Shown: positions 1 to 6,785 of the stretch, one piece after another
Layout of the letters: each line of letters opens with the position of its first letter
Numbering within the stretch: position 1 is the stretch's first letter
DNA from: an uncultured Acidobacteriota bacterium
GTDB taxonomy: Bacteria; Acidobacteriota; Vicinamibacteria; Vicinamibacterales; JAKQTR01
Length of the DNA stretch: 64,000 nucleotides
Reading direction: 5' to 3'
Assembly: GCA_963809475.1 (NCBI GenBank)
Contig: CAWEJS010000001.1
Coordinates: 1,818,125 to 1,882,124 of the forward strand
Notes under the pieces: generated by a model
What the model saw: only the letters and a program-made list of their open reading frames with translations
Databases searched by the model: none
What the model was told of the DNA's origin: nothing
Program-made: the position numbers and the translations under genes

Positions 1-206
1 TTGAGGTGGCTCTGAGTCCACACCCGGCGGCGCTTCCACGAGCCGCTGTGCGAGAGGCCGTGCCTGAAGCCCGCGATGATAGTCTCCGTGCAACTCAATC
101 CACTCCCCGAGGGTAACCCTCGCGCATGACGCGGCGGCCGGGCCGCGCTCGGGCGAGTTGTTAGATGTCTGTTAGATGGAGGCGAAAACGCGCCCACAAA
201 GGGAAA

Positions 207-242
207 GGGCCGAATCCACGAAAGCCTCAATGGATTCGGCCC
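207..242 (-). terminator. Putative intrinsic terminator downstream of CDS 434..1102
   Basis: Perfect 12-bp stem GGGCCGAATCCA/TGGATTCGGCCC with a 12-nt loop. On the minus strand it is followed by TTTCCCTTT. Confidence 0.5.
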
Positions 243-251
243 TCTCGAAGG

Positions 252-314
252 TGGTTGCGGGGGCTCGCAGCCAACGGTACCTGCAGCTCTGGTGCGGCGC
301 GGCGTGAACGCTCC
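252..314 (-). repeat. Copy 1 of a 63-nt non-coding element whose minus-strand 3' end (CCCCCGCAACCA) equals the acceptor end of tRNA-fMet
   Basis: Hand alignment to 2467..2529 gives 47/63 ungapped identities. The 12-nt TGGTTGCGGGGG is identical to the tRNA 3' end at 5840..5851. The element lies between a stop codon and a terminator hairpin. Confidence 0.6.
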
Positions 315-433
315 CCGGCAGGCGAATTGCGCGAGCGGACTTCGCGGTTGTGAGCTAGCTCGGGGCCTGGAGCGCTGGCGCAGGGTGGCCTCCTCCGTCA
401 CTGGCACGTTGCCGTGAACGCCACTCCTCGCCC

Positions 434-1102
434 TCACCGGCCCGTGCCGAAGCCAAACGCGTCCGCGAAGGTCTGGCATGGCACCGTCGTCGAACCCTGT
501 CCCGCAGGGTACTGGATCGTGGCGTCTCCGGTCGCCACGAGCGACCGCACGGCGAACGCGTCCAGATCGACCACCATCGCGTTGCTGCACGCGAAGGTCA
601 CGCGGCCAGACTGACCGTCGACGGTGAAGCCATGGGTACCAGTGATCGTGAAGTTCACTGGATTCTGAACCACACTCGCGACGGCGCTCATCGTGCCTTT
701 GATCTCGAGCGGCCCGTCGTCGAGCACGACGGAGCCCATCACGCACCTCGTGTATGTGAGGAGCGTGTCTTGCGTCATGCTGCCAGTCGTCCCGGAAGCG
801 TCCAGGACCACGGCAAGGGGCCCTGTGGACCGTGCCGTGCCGCCTCCGGAGCACGACTGGGCCACGTCCAGCGTGTAGGTGCCCGACACTCCCTGCACCT
901 TGGCCACGACTTGCGTGATCGTGGCGTAGATCAGCGGCACGGCGACCGAACCAATTGAGCTGGCGAGTTGGGACGTCTGGGCCGTCGTGATCGGCCTGCC
1001 GGCAAGCGCCGTCGTGCCGGACGTGCTGACCGCGTTGCCGTTTGCGTCCTTGCCGCTGTACTGCCACGTCACTGTATGGCCGACCGTGGTCGAGAAGCAC
1101 AA
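434..1102 (-). CDS. Hypothetical Thr/Ser/Gly/Val-rich protein (beta-rich, possibly exported). The start is unclear: TTG is the first start codon and no signal peptide is visible.
   Basis: 222-aa ORF with non-random composition unlike the Arg/Pro/Ala-rich antisense artefacts. No family recognised. The ORF opens only about 14 codons upstream of the TTG, so it may be 5'-truncated. Confidence 0.45.
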   Translation of the reverse strand: MCFSTTVGHTVTWQYSGKDANGNAVSTSGTTALAGRPITTAQTSQLASSIGSVAVPLIYATITQVVAKVQGVSGTYTLDVAQSCSGGGTARSTGPLAVVLDASGTTGSMTQDTLLTYTRCVMGSVVLDDGPLEIKGTMSAVASVVQNPVNFTITGTHGFTVDGQSGRVTFACSNAMVVDLDAFAVRSLVATGDATIQYPAGQGSTTVPCQTFADAFGFGTGR

Positions 1103-1293
1103 CTCGTGGCTGGCCGTGACCTGGTATGCTCCGCGTGTCCGCTTAGTTCATCGCTAAATCGAACGTATTCGTCAGTGTTCCGATCCATGTTTCTTGTCTC
1201 GACTCTGTATCTATTCGATGTTGTTTGTTTCTGAAATGATTCCTAGCTGTGCATTGTCGGGTCTTGTGGGGCTTTTCGTGAGCGAAAGGATGC

Positions 1294-1866
1294 ATGATGG
1301 CGAGCGTCCCCTTCGATTTTTCTGGTGCCGTGCTTCTCCCCATCGACATGCAGCGAGCGATCGATTGGCCGTGCCGACCGCGCCGAGGCAATCCCGCGCT
1401 CGACGAAAACGGGCTGCGTCTCCTCGCGTCGTGGCGGGAGAAGGGGCTGCCGATCATCCATGTGCGACACGACTCGGTCGAAGCGGAGAGCCTGTTTCGT
1501 CCCGATCACCCCGGCAACGCGCTGCGTCCCGGCTTCGAGCCGCGGGCGGGCGAGGCGCTGGTGGTGAAGTCGGTCAGTTCCGCCTTCATCGGCACCGACC
1601 TCGATCTGCGCCTGCGCCGGCTCGGGGCGAAGCGGGTGGTCTGCTTCGGCTGGGCGACCGACATGTGCGTGTCGACCACCATCCGCACCGGCGCCAACAC
1701 GGGTTGGGAGATGGTGATGGTGGCGGACGCCTGCGACTGCATGGAGCTGCCCGACGCGATCGGCGGCGGGATCATTCCGGCCGTCGAGATCCACCGGGTT
1801 CACGTCGCGACGCTGGCGGCGGATTTCTGCCGGGTGGTGGGGACGGGGGATCTATGCGACGGTTGA
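1294..1866 (+). CDS. Isochorismatase-family cysteine hydrolase
   Basis: Asp-Lys-Cys triad contexts typical of the family are present: LLPIDMQ, VVKSVSSAFIGT and GWATDMCVSTT. Length is 190 aa. Confidence 0.85.
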   Translation: MMASVPFDFSGAVLLPIDMQRAIDWPCRPRRGNPALDENGLRLLASWREKGLPIIHVRHDSVEAESLFRPDHPGNALRPGFEPRAGEALVVKSVSSAFIGTDLDLRLRRLGAKRVVCFGWATDMCVSTTIRTGANTGWEMVMVADACDCMELPDAIGGGIIPAVEIHRVHVATLAADFCRVVGTGDLCDG

Positions 1867-1931
1867 GCCGGGCTTGCGGGAGGGGCGGTCGGCGGCGAAG
1901 ATCGAAGATCCATTCGCGGAGCGGATCGCCG

Positions 1932-2198
1932 ATGTTCATCACCTTCTTCACCGAACTGAAGTCGGTTGGGGTGCCCGTCTCCTTGCGCGAATATCTGACG
2001 CTGATGGAGGCGCTCGAGAAGGATCTGGCCGAGCGGCGGGTCGAGGACTTCTATCACCTCGCCCGCGTCTGCCTCGTCAAGGACGAGAAATTCTTCGACA
2101 GGTTCGATCAGGTGTTCGGCCACGTCTTCAAGGCTCTCGCTCTGATGAGCGGCGAGCCGACGATTCCGAGAAGGCAGTCGAGTCTTCGTCGCGGCTGA
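1932..2198 (+). pseudogene. N-terminal fragment (about 70 aa) of a CoxE-like VWA-domain protein gene
   Basis: MFITFFTELKSVGVPVSLREYLTLMEALEKDLAERRVEDFYHLARVCLVKDEKFFDRFDQVFGHVFK matches the conserved N-terminus of CoxE/VWA_CoxE proteins, which are normally about 380-400 aa. The frame ends at 2198 and no VWA domain follows. Confidence 0.6.
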
Positions 2199-2435
2199 GG
2201 TGTACGGCCGGGAGGGACTCGTCTTGCCCGGTACGGTGACTCTTCGCGTGCGGCGGGACGGTGCCGCGGAAAGCGTTGATATGCAGCTCCCGCTTCAGGC
2301 GGATCGTGGCCCAGTAGGCTGGGACGTGCCCTTGCCCGACTGCCGCGAGTCCCGAGCGGAGATTGCGAGCCATCAGCGGGAGATAGGTTCGAGGGGGCCG
2401 GTCGAGAAGCGGTTCAGATCCCCCCGTACAGGGAC

Positions 2436-2464
2436 AAAGCCGCCCGGTATACCCGAGCGGCTTT
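2436..2464 (-). terminator. Stem-loop downstream of CDS 2564..3358 and of element copy 2
   Basis: AAAGCCGC/GCGGCTTT stem with a 13-nt loop. On the minus strand the 3' arm ends in TTT. It sits in the same position as the hairpins at 207..242 and 5810..5836. Confidence 0.4.
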
Positions 2465-2466
2465 CA

Positions 2467-2529
2467 TGGTTGCAGGGGCTCGCAACGGACGGTACTTGCC
2501 GTTGTGGAGAGGAGCGGCGTGAGAGGAGC
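2467..2529 (-). repeat. Copy 2 of the 63-nt non-coding element (minus-strand end CCCCTGCAACCA)
   Basis: 47/63 identity to 252..314. In addition, GGCTTTCATGGTTGCAGGGG matches the tRNA-fMet end plus its downstream flank GGCCTTCATGGTTGCGGGGG at 18/20 positions. Confidence 0.6.
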
Positions 2530-2563
2530 GGCCATCATCACGCACGCCCGGCCCGTCAGTGCG

Positions 2564-3358
2564 TCAGCGTGATCTGGCGAGGAGCCGTCCCGATTGCCTG
2601 GAGAACTTCACTTCCAGAGGACGCTCCGTAACGGAGACGTTCAACAAGACGGCGACCCCCACTCCCGGAATCGAGATGTGAACGGCACGGAATGGGCCGG
2701 CAGCAATCGCAGGAAGACGAACCAGGCCATCCGCGCCCGGAGTCGCTCGCACCGCGACATCATTTCCGTCTGCCACCCTCACGCTCACCCAGGCATCGTT
2801 TACCGGGGCGTTCGTCTCGGCCCAACTCAATCGCAGAGAGAGCCGGCGGTCGGGGATCGTTACCGTTGCCGTTCCCAGAGCGCGGTCAGTCGCGCGCTCG
2901 AAGCGTTCGAACGAGACGACGCCGTCCGGCCGCAGGGCTACCTTTCGCGCTCCTTGGCTGCCGGGATAGCCGTCCGCGAGCACGAGTTGCAGGACCGCTG
3001 ACTGTTCACCGGTTGCGGTGTCGAAGATGGCAAGTCGCTGGTCTCGAATCAGGAAGCCGACCCTTCTGCTGTCGTTCGTCCAGATGATCGTGCGACACCA
3101 GTCCGAATCGGGCGCGAGGTCCAACAGCCGACGAGCCGGGCCGCCACTCGGTCCGAGATAGAGATGATCGTCGGGAGGGTCGAGACTTGCTGCTTGGTGA
3201 ACGAAGGCGGTGTACCGGCCATCGGGAGACAGAGAGGTGGTATGCGTCCGGGGAAACAAGTCGTTGGCTAACTGACAGCCAGCCGTGGCGACCAAGACTA
3301 TCAGCGTGACGGCTACATTGCAGACCGCTCTCCACCTGACTGCGGACTCGTTCTTCAC
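2564..3358 (-). CDS. Hypothetical lipoprotein with a TolB/WD40-like beta-propeller signature
   Basis: Signal peptide with lipobox LVATAGC. SPDGRYTAF-type propeller motif. The C-terminal beta-rich region is carboxypeptidase-regulatory-like; this is weaker recognition. Confidence 0.75.
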   Translation of the reverse strand: MKNESAVRWRAVCNVAVTLIVLVATAGCQLANDLFPRTHTTSLSPDGRYTAFVHQAASLDPPDDHLYLGPSGGPARRLLDLAPDSDWCRTIIWTNDSRRVGFLIRDQRLAIFDTATGEQSAVLQLVLADGYPGSQGARKVALRPDGVVSFERFERATDRALGTATVTIPDRRLSLRLSWAETNAPVNDAWVSVRVADGNDVAVRATPGADGLVRLPAIAAGPFRAVHISIPGVGVAVLLNVSVTERPLEVKFSRQSGRLLARSR

Positions 3359-3646
3359 GACAATCTTCGAGGGACTCTGCCAGATTCACCGTGTCCGGCC
3401 GTTCATGCACGAGGCGTCGATGCTCAGTATACCTCGGCCGTACAGGAGCCGAGGCGGGACGGCAATCGTGGGCATTCGTCCAGTCGCGACCTTGAGGAAT
3501 GCACCGCTGCGGCCGGGCACGGAGACACGAATGGACCGAGTAACGTCCCGGCGTGTGGCTTGACTTGTGACCACGAGGAGGTATAGTTCCTCATATTAGT
3601 TGAGGGTATTTCACGTGAAGCGACAGGATGCAACAGCCGCGTACGT

Positions 3647-3889
3647 GATCTTCTCGACCTCATACTCCTGATCGAGCTCGGTTCGCTGTCGCCCGAACGA
3701 ATCCGGCGGGCGGTCGAGGCGACGTTCGATCGGCGCGCCACCCATCCCATCCCCGACGACCTTCTTCCGCCACCAAGAGACTGGGCCAGACCATTCGCGG
3801 CTCTTCTCTCGGAGTGCGGTCTCGACCAGACGCTCGACGGAACCTATGAGCGGATCCGGGAGGTCTGGGCGGCCGTCCGGGCGCTTTAG
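3647..3889 (+). pseudogene. C-terminal fragment (80 codons) of an AbiEii/AbiGii-family nucleotidyltransferase toxin gene
   Basis: My translation is DLLDLILLIELGSLSPERIRRAVEATFDRRATHPIPDDLLPPPRDWARPFAALLSECGLDQTLDGTYERIREVWAAVRAL*. This is the typical AbiEii C-terminus. There is no start codon, the frame opens only after a TAG near 3578, and no AbiEi partner is present. Confidence 0.65.
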
Positions 3890-3948
3890 GGGGCGCTCGG
3901 CCCGATGGGGAAGTGGTCGTTCCGGGGGGCTGCGGTATGATCCCGCGC

Positions 3949-4926
3949 ATGCGGGACACGCCAGTTGGGCATGTACATCACTCTCCTCGGCCTGGCGAAC
4001 GTCCTCCATTCCTCCAGGTGACTGACATCTCGAAGACCTACGGACGGCAAACTGCACTGTCCGGCGTGTCCTTTGCGGTTGCGCCTGGCGAGATCGTTGG
4101 TCTCGTGGGACCGAATGGTGCAGGAAAGTCGACGACGCTCCGGATCATCTGTGGCCTGTTGAAGCCCGATTCCGGACGTGTTGTGCTCGATGGCATTGAG
4201 CAGCGGCTGGAACCGGCACGTTTTCGATCCCGTCTGGGCGCGTTGATCGAGGCTCCGGCGTGTTACCCGAGCCTGACGGCGTTCGACCATCTGGCATACG
4301 TCGCCCGGATTCGCGGGTGTTACGAACCTGGCGTGCTGGAGCGAGTGCTCGAAGACGTTGGCCTGCCGCCCCGATCAAGGAAGACGGTTCGTCAGTTCTC
4401 GCTGGGCATGAAGCAGCGGCTGGGCATCGCGATGGCGACCCTCGATTCGCCAGGGCTGCTCGTGCTTGACGAGCCGATGAACGGCCTCGATCCCATGGGG
4501 ATGGCCGAGCTTCGGGAACGACTGCGGACTCGCGCTGCCCGAGACCACGTCGCCATCGTGGTGTCGAGCCATCTGCTGCACGAGGTCGAACAGATCTGTC
4601 ATCGCGTGCTCTTCATTCGCGAGAGCCGACTTATCAGCGACACCACGCTTGGCGGTGACGTGACGGGCGCGACTGCCGCAGTGATCCTGATGACGGGTGA
4701 TGATGTGGCGACAGTCGAGTTGCTCGGGCGACAACCGTTCATCCAGGAGGTCTTGGCGGTGGGGAAGGGGGTCGAGTGTCGCCTGGAGACGGCGGATGTA
4801 CCTGACGTCGTGCGGGTGCTGGTTTCCGCCGGGATCCCGATTTACGCGGTCATACCGCGCACGGGATCATTGGAGGAACTCTACCGGTCGCACTTTGACG
4901 ACTCGCGCACGAGGAGTATCCAGTGA
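3949..4926 (+). CDS. ABC transporter ATP-binding protein (ABC-2 exporter type)
   Basis: Walker A GPNGAGKST, signature LSLGMKQRL, Walker B LLVLDEP and H-loop SSHLL. The start is uncertain among 3913, 3937 and 3949. The stop overlaps the permease start. Confidence 0.9.
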   Translation: MRDTPVGHVHHSPRPGERPPFLQVTDISKTYGRQTALSGVSFAVAPGEIVGLVGPNGAGKSTTLRIICGLLKPDSGRVVLDGIEQRLEPARFRSRLGALIEAPACYPSLTAFDHLAYVARIRGCYEPGVLERVLEDVGLPPRSRKTVRQFSLGMKQRLGIAMATLDSPGLLVLDEPMNGLDPMGMAELRERLRTRAARDHVAIVVSSHLLHEVEQICHRVLFIRESRLISDTTLGGDVTGATAAVILMTGDDVATVELLGRQPFIQEVLAVGKGVECRLETADVPDVVRVLVSAGIPIYAVIPRTGSLEELYRSHFDDSRTRSIQ

Positions 4927-5747
4927 TGGTGTCCCCGCGCGACTCGATGCGATACGTGCTGTTGCGCTCCGCGCATGCCGAGTTCATGAAGATTTGGGCC
5001 TCACGTGTGCCCCTCGTCTTCCTCCTCTCGATCCCAGCGTTCTGCTATCTGGTCGTGTTCGAGCTCTACCACATGGAGCGCCTGAGCGAGCATCTGCCCG
5101 TGCGCCACGCGTTGGACGCCGTCCCCGTACTCTTCTTCGCCGTCTGGAAGATGATGATCGTCCAGGCGGCCGTGCTGGCGTTTTCGGCCTTCTGGGCAAC
5201 CGTCGACAGCCAGTATGGGATGGTGCGAGTCGTGGGCGCCCAACCCCTCTCACGCGTTGAGTACCAGCTGGGCAAGTGGCTGGGCATCAGCGGGCACGTG
5301 GCCATGCTGACGATCGTGTTGATCGGCTCGGTTGTGGGCTGGGCCGCCATCTACTCCGGTGTGCGTGGGATCGGCCCGCAGGACGCGGCGATGCTCCTGC
5401 GTTTCTCCGTCGAACTGCTGGTGCTGACGCTCGCGCTCGGCGTGGTCGGGATGGTCACCGCCTCGTTCCGGCGCACGATCGGCTCGGGCATGGTGACGGC
5501 CATGCTGGCGTTCATCGCCCTGGCCGTCATGACCATGCTGCCGTTCGAGGTCCTTCCGCCGCGGTTCGTCTTTGTGCGCTACCTCTTCTTCCCGATGCAG
5601 GAATTCCCGAGTCCGTTCGAGGGCGACGGCGGTATCTTCGTGCGGCTGTACACGCTCTCCGACTTCTACACGGTCGTGATTGGGACGCCGCTGCTCCTCG
5701 CAATCCCGGCGATGCTGTACTTCCGACGGCGCGACATCACCGAGTGA
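4923..5747 (+). CDS. ABC-2 family transporter permease
   Basis: 274-aa polytopic membrane protein with about 6 hydrophobic segments. It is translationally coupled to the ATPase through a GTGATG/TGA overlap. Confidence 0.8.
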   Translation: MMVSPRDSMRYVLLRSAHAEFMKIWASRVPLVFLLSIPAFCYLVVFELYHMERLSEHLPVRHALDAVPVLFFAVWKMMIVQAAVLAFSAFWATVDSQYGMVRVVGAQPLSRVEYQLGKWLGISGHVAMLTIVLIGSVVGWAAIYSGVRGIGPQDAAMLLRFSVELLVLTLALGVVGMVTASFRRTIGSGMVTAMLAFIALAVMTMLPFEVLPPRFVFVRYLFFPMQEFPSPFEGDGGIFVRLYTLSDFYTVVIGTPLLLAIPAMLYFRRRDITE

Positions 5748-5809
5748 ACCGCGTCGTGGGGCGCGGTCGGCCGGAACGCCGCGGTTCGAATCCCAGCCGT
5801 AAATGGAAG

Positions 5810-5836
5810 AGGCCACAGGGTTTGACCCTGTGGCCT
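5810..5836 (-). terminator. Terminator hairpin immediately 3' of tRNA-fMet
   Basis: 11-bp stem AGGCCACAGGG/CCCTGTGGCCT with a 5-nt loop, 3 nt after the tRNA CCA end. It is followed on the minus strand by TCTTCCATTT. Confidence 0.6.
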
Positions 5837-5839
5837 TCA

Positions 5840-5916
<77 letters not shown>

Positions 5917-5951
5917 TCATTGCGGCGCGCGTGCGCGCGCCGAACTGTTCA

Positions 5952-5980
5952 AACATACCACGGGGGCAGAACCGGGTCAA
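5952..5980 (-). promoter_or_regulatory. Possible sigma-70 promoter for the tRNA
   Basis: Minus strand reads TTGACC, a 17-nt spacer, then TATGTT, about 35 nt upstream of the tRNA 5' end. A GC-only palindrome CGGCGCGCG/CGCGCGCCG lies between this site and the tRNA. Confidence 0.35.
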
Positions 5981-5995
5981 ACGCCGCCGGCGCAG

Positions 5996-6358
5996 CTACT
6001 GCTGCCCGGGAGCCGGCACGTCGTGAATGATGAAGAGGCGTTCGCCTGGCTTGATCAGGCCGAGTTCCCGGCGGGCAATCTCCTCGATGGCGGTGGGATC
6101 CTCGCCCCGGAGCCGGCGGATCTGCTCGCGAAGACGATCGTTCTCGACCCGCTTCTGCGCCACGTCGCCCGCCAGCCGCGCGTGCTCCTGCCGGGCGCGC
6201 ACGAGCGCCGCGAGGCCGCGATCGCCGACGAACGCGTCGAGCACCATGACGCTGACGAACACGGCGAAGGCCACGACGCCCGTGCGGAGTCCCCTCCGCC
6301 CGCGGCGGGCGTGCAGCCCGCCGGCCGGCGTCGGCGTGGTGGATCGCGTGGCGGCCAT
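5996..6358 (-). CDS. ftsB: Septum formation initiator family protein (FtsB/DivIC-like)
   Basis: It has a single N-terminal TM segment followed by a coiled coil (RARQEHARLAGDVAQKRVENDRLREQIRRLR). The conserved tail is DPTAIEEIARRELGLIKPGE. Confidence 0.8.
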   Translation of the reverse strand: MAATRSTTPTPAGGLHARRGRRGLRTGVVAFAVFVSVMVLDAFVGDRGLAALVRARQEHARLAGDVAQKRVENDRLREQIRRLRGEDPTAIEEIARRELGLIKPGERLFIIHDVPAPGQQ

Positions 6359-6406
6359 CGACCAACTGTTGTACCCTAACTCGCGTCATTTGTACATAGG
6401 AAAACG

Positions 6407-6763
6407 ATGGCGTTCCCGCATCGATCGCCTGCCTCGGCCGTGGACCCCAGCGACGCGATCGTCGTGTTGACCACGCTGCCCGCCGGCGCTGACGCCGACG
6501 CCTTCGCGCGGGTCCTGGTCGCCGAGCGTCTCGCCGCGTGCGTGAGCGCCATGGCGGAGATGCGCTCCACGTACCGCTGGCAGGGTGGCCTGGAGCAGGC
6601 GGTCGAACACCAGATCGTGATCAAGACGACGCGCGGGCGGCTGGCCCGGCTCGAGGCCCGCCTCGCGGAACTCCATCCCTACGAGATCCCCGAACTGCTG
6701 GTGCTCGCGGCCTCGGGGGGAGACTCGTACCTCGCATGGGTACGGCAGTCGACCGACACGTGA
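6407..6763 (+). CDS. cutA: Divalent-cation tolerance protein CutA
   Basis: STYRWQGGLEQAVEHQIVIKT and LHPYEIPELL are characteristic CutA1 motifs. Length is 118 aa. Confidence 0.85.
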   Translation: MAFPHRSPASAVDPSDAIVVLTTLPAGADADAFARVLVAERLAACVSAMAEMRSTYRWQGGLEQAVEHQIVIKTTRGRLARLEARLAELHPYEIPELLVLAASGGDSYLAWVRQSTDT

Positions 6764-6785
6764 GCTATCATCCTCCGTACGGCTC

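Noticed and set aside
1-130. Possible minus-strand ORF running off the left edge (…GEWIELHGDYHRGLQARPLAQRLVEAPPGVD…) and a possible plus-strand gene end near 117
   Set aside because: The sequence is truncated by the window edge. No start or stop context is visible and no family is recognised, so it is not reportable.
165-353. Apparently conserved peptide WLRGLAANGTCSSGAARRERS / WLQGLATDGTCRCGEERRERS in plus-strand ORFs 165..353 and 2200..2631
   Set aside because: The similarity reflects nucleotide-level homology of the 63-nt non-coding element. The ORFs are Arg-rich, the substitutions show no synonymous bias, and the regions lie in the 3' UTRs of minus-strand genes.
402-417. TGGCACGTTGCC resembling a sigma-54 -24/-12 promoter
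   Set aside because: The spacing is wrong. GG and GC must be 10 nt apart (TGGCAC-N5-TTGC), and here TTGC follows after only one base. The site also lies just downstream of the stop codon of a gene on the opposite strand.
2128-2373. 81-aa minus-strand ORF (MARNLRSGLAAVGQGHVPAYWATIRLKRELHINAF...) next to the att-like core, where an integrase remnant might be expected
   Set aside because: I cannot match it to tyrosine or serine recombinase motifs or to any other family. Without a database search it is not supportable as a gene or pseudogene.
5783-5793. GGTTCGAATCC, a perfect tRNA T-loop consensus, on the plus strand just after the ABC permease gene
   Set aside because: The flanking bases do not form a T-stem (CGCGG versus CCCAG), and no acceptor or anticodon arm can be drawn. 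It is possibly a relic of a tRNA fragment but is not demonstrable.
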